Assembly: GCF_000150275.1 (NCBI RefSeq)
Contig: NW_002060948.1
Coordinates: 3,609,183-3,673,182, forward strand
Length of the DNA stretch: 64,000 bases
Direction of reading: 5' to 3'
Origin: Trichoplax adhaerens
Lineage: Eukaryota; Animalia; Placozoa
Part shown: positions 62,466 to 64,000 of the stretch, piece after piece
Layout of the letters: every line of letters begins with the position of its first letter
Numbering within the stretch: the stretch's first letter is position 1
The notes under the pieces: generated by a model
Told to the model about the DNA's origin: nothing
Databases searched by the model: none
What the model saw: only the letters and a program-made list of their open reading frames with translations
Position numbers and translations under genes: made by a program

Positions 62466-63730
62466 CTAACAAGACAAGAAGAAAGATATTTCAAGTTATT
62501 TTTCTTCTCGTCAAGATAATTATTATCTGAGAAAAAAAATGTCTGTTAGACGACAATAAGAAAGGCCAGGCCTTGGCAAGCCATGCCATGAGCAATTAAT
62601 AAGATTGAAAAAAATAAACTAAAATGCATTTTCCTCTAGTCTTGGAGACTACTCTTTTCTCAGCTCAACTCTCTAGCAACTTCTTGCTCCTATAGCGTAG
62701 TATAAATCCAAGATAGAAAAAGGAAAACGGCGAAAAATAACCAACTCAATCCATGCATCCAGCAGAAAGTATTTTCCTAATCTAGCCGATGCAATATTGC
62801 ATCGTCCAACTGGCTTCCATGACGATTGCAATGCAAAATTGTCATGACTACATCATGAGAGGACTCTTTAAGCAATTATTTACCATCATAAGTGTCCATT
62901 ATTGGCAGAAGATTGAGCTTTGACCACTAGTAAATCGATATAGCAAGACCAATGGGCCTGTTTCCTCTCCGTTGACAAGGTGGAAATGATGGCGGAAAAG
63001 GATCGAGCGCAGAGTATTTATTCTTTACCGCTGCTTTGATACCAATACCGAGAGGCATATGGTACTAGCGAGTAGTCAACACTATCTTATCCTATCATGG
63101 AATGCGTTCCTGTGTATGGCTGGCGGTTTCTACTGGGGAAATGCCATTTTTGTAGATTATCGATAGCCTTATTAGTAGCCAAGGCTTGGAGAACTAAGCC
63201 ATCCATGATCATTACTTGCTTTATCCTGTAGTATTGATCATGTTTGCTCGAACGGGAGAAACAAGATGGCTAAAAGGGAGTCGGTGGCGAGCCGAATTTG
63301 GCTCATGGCGTCAAAAAGCAGCAAGTCAACAGGATACAGGGGGTGCAGTGATGGATGATGGAGATTCCTTATTCGTTAGCATATCCAATACTCAGTCTCG
63401 AATCATTATGCAATTAGGGCAATTAAGTTCAAGACTAAGGACGCCTAGAAGAAATCGCAGCGTGCAAGGATGGCGCAACGGCTACAGAAAATTGGCGACT
63501 GCACACGAGATGAAATCAACGTTGCTCAATCAATTCATCACGTGCACGATCGGTCTAAATGAAAGCAATCAAAATGAATATGGCGATTCAAATCAAGTGA
63601 TAGCAAGTAATTTAATCATAATTCAAGTATGGTAGTAAATATTGAAAACGTTCCAGCAATAGAATCGGCGATATCAATCGAACGAGCTGAGACCGGCCAT
63701 GTACCAATTCGGTGCGCAACGACTAACGGT

Positions 63731-64000
63731 GCAATTTTGAGATCGATGTTAGTTACTCGATATGGAAAACATGGCGTAGAAGACCGCTTTCTGTGCTATA
63801 TTGCCCTTTCCTTTTTAATAGGGCTTGCAGCTTAGCCATCTTTCTGCATGTGTCAAGAATGATAGCGATGCAATTTTGGATCAATGTCCGCAACGCGATA
63901 TGGAAAAACACGCAGTAGAGGCTCCGCTTTCTGTGCCATTTTTCCATTTGCTTACAGCTTAGGCATCTTGCTGCTTTCTACAAGTGTCAAGAATGATAGC
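63731..64000. repeat. ~139-bp direct repeat x2, truncated by the window end
   Basis: 'gcaattttg..atc.atgt...cgatatggaaaa...ccgctttctgtgc...cagcttag.catct...gtgtcaagaatgatagc' at ~63731 and ~63870. Confidence 0.8.

Overview
AT-rich eukaryotic genomic DNA with short GT-AG introns. It looks like a compact basal-metazoan genome; a placozoan such as Trichoplax is a guess from composition and intron style, not proven. Eight protein-coding genes can be reconstructed, several of them missed or fragmented by the ORF track because they are spliced: (1) an 8-exon signal peptide-SEA-7TM adhesion/secretin-class GPCR with no GAIN/GPS domain (9074-16471 +); (2,3) two convergent paralogous CARD + RCC1-like beta-propeller genes with identical intron positions (22167-25874 +, 31464-27651 -); (4) an intronless ~1414-aa protein with a dsRBD-less RNase III domain followed by seven ~95-aa ankyrin-like modules (37466-41710 +), bracketed by a 53-bp inverted repeat; (5) a GT10 alpha-1,3/4-fucosyltransferase (45041-43659 -); (6) a one-repeat-per-exon ankyrin gene (~50800-55942 +); (7) a stand-alone RNase III paralog that has lost all catalytic acids (57459-58100 +); (8) a spliced pseudo-RNase III with three of the same ankyrin-like modules (62465-59039 -). 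The best candidate for an undescribed system is this clustered family of non-Dicer, non-Drosha RNase III-ankyrin proteins (one probably active, two catalytically dead), lying next to CARD-RCC1 fusions. Several tandem repeats, a palindrome-rich mini-element and an apparent excess of TACAGTA/TACTGTA heptamers are also present. All exon boundaries were read by eye and no database searches were run.
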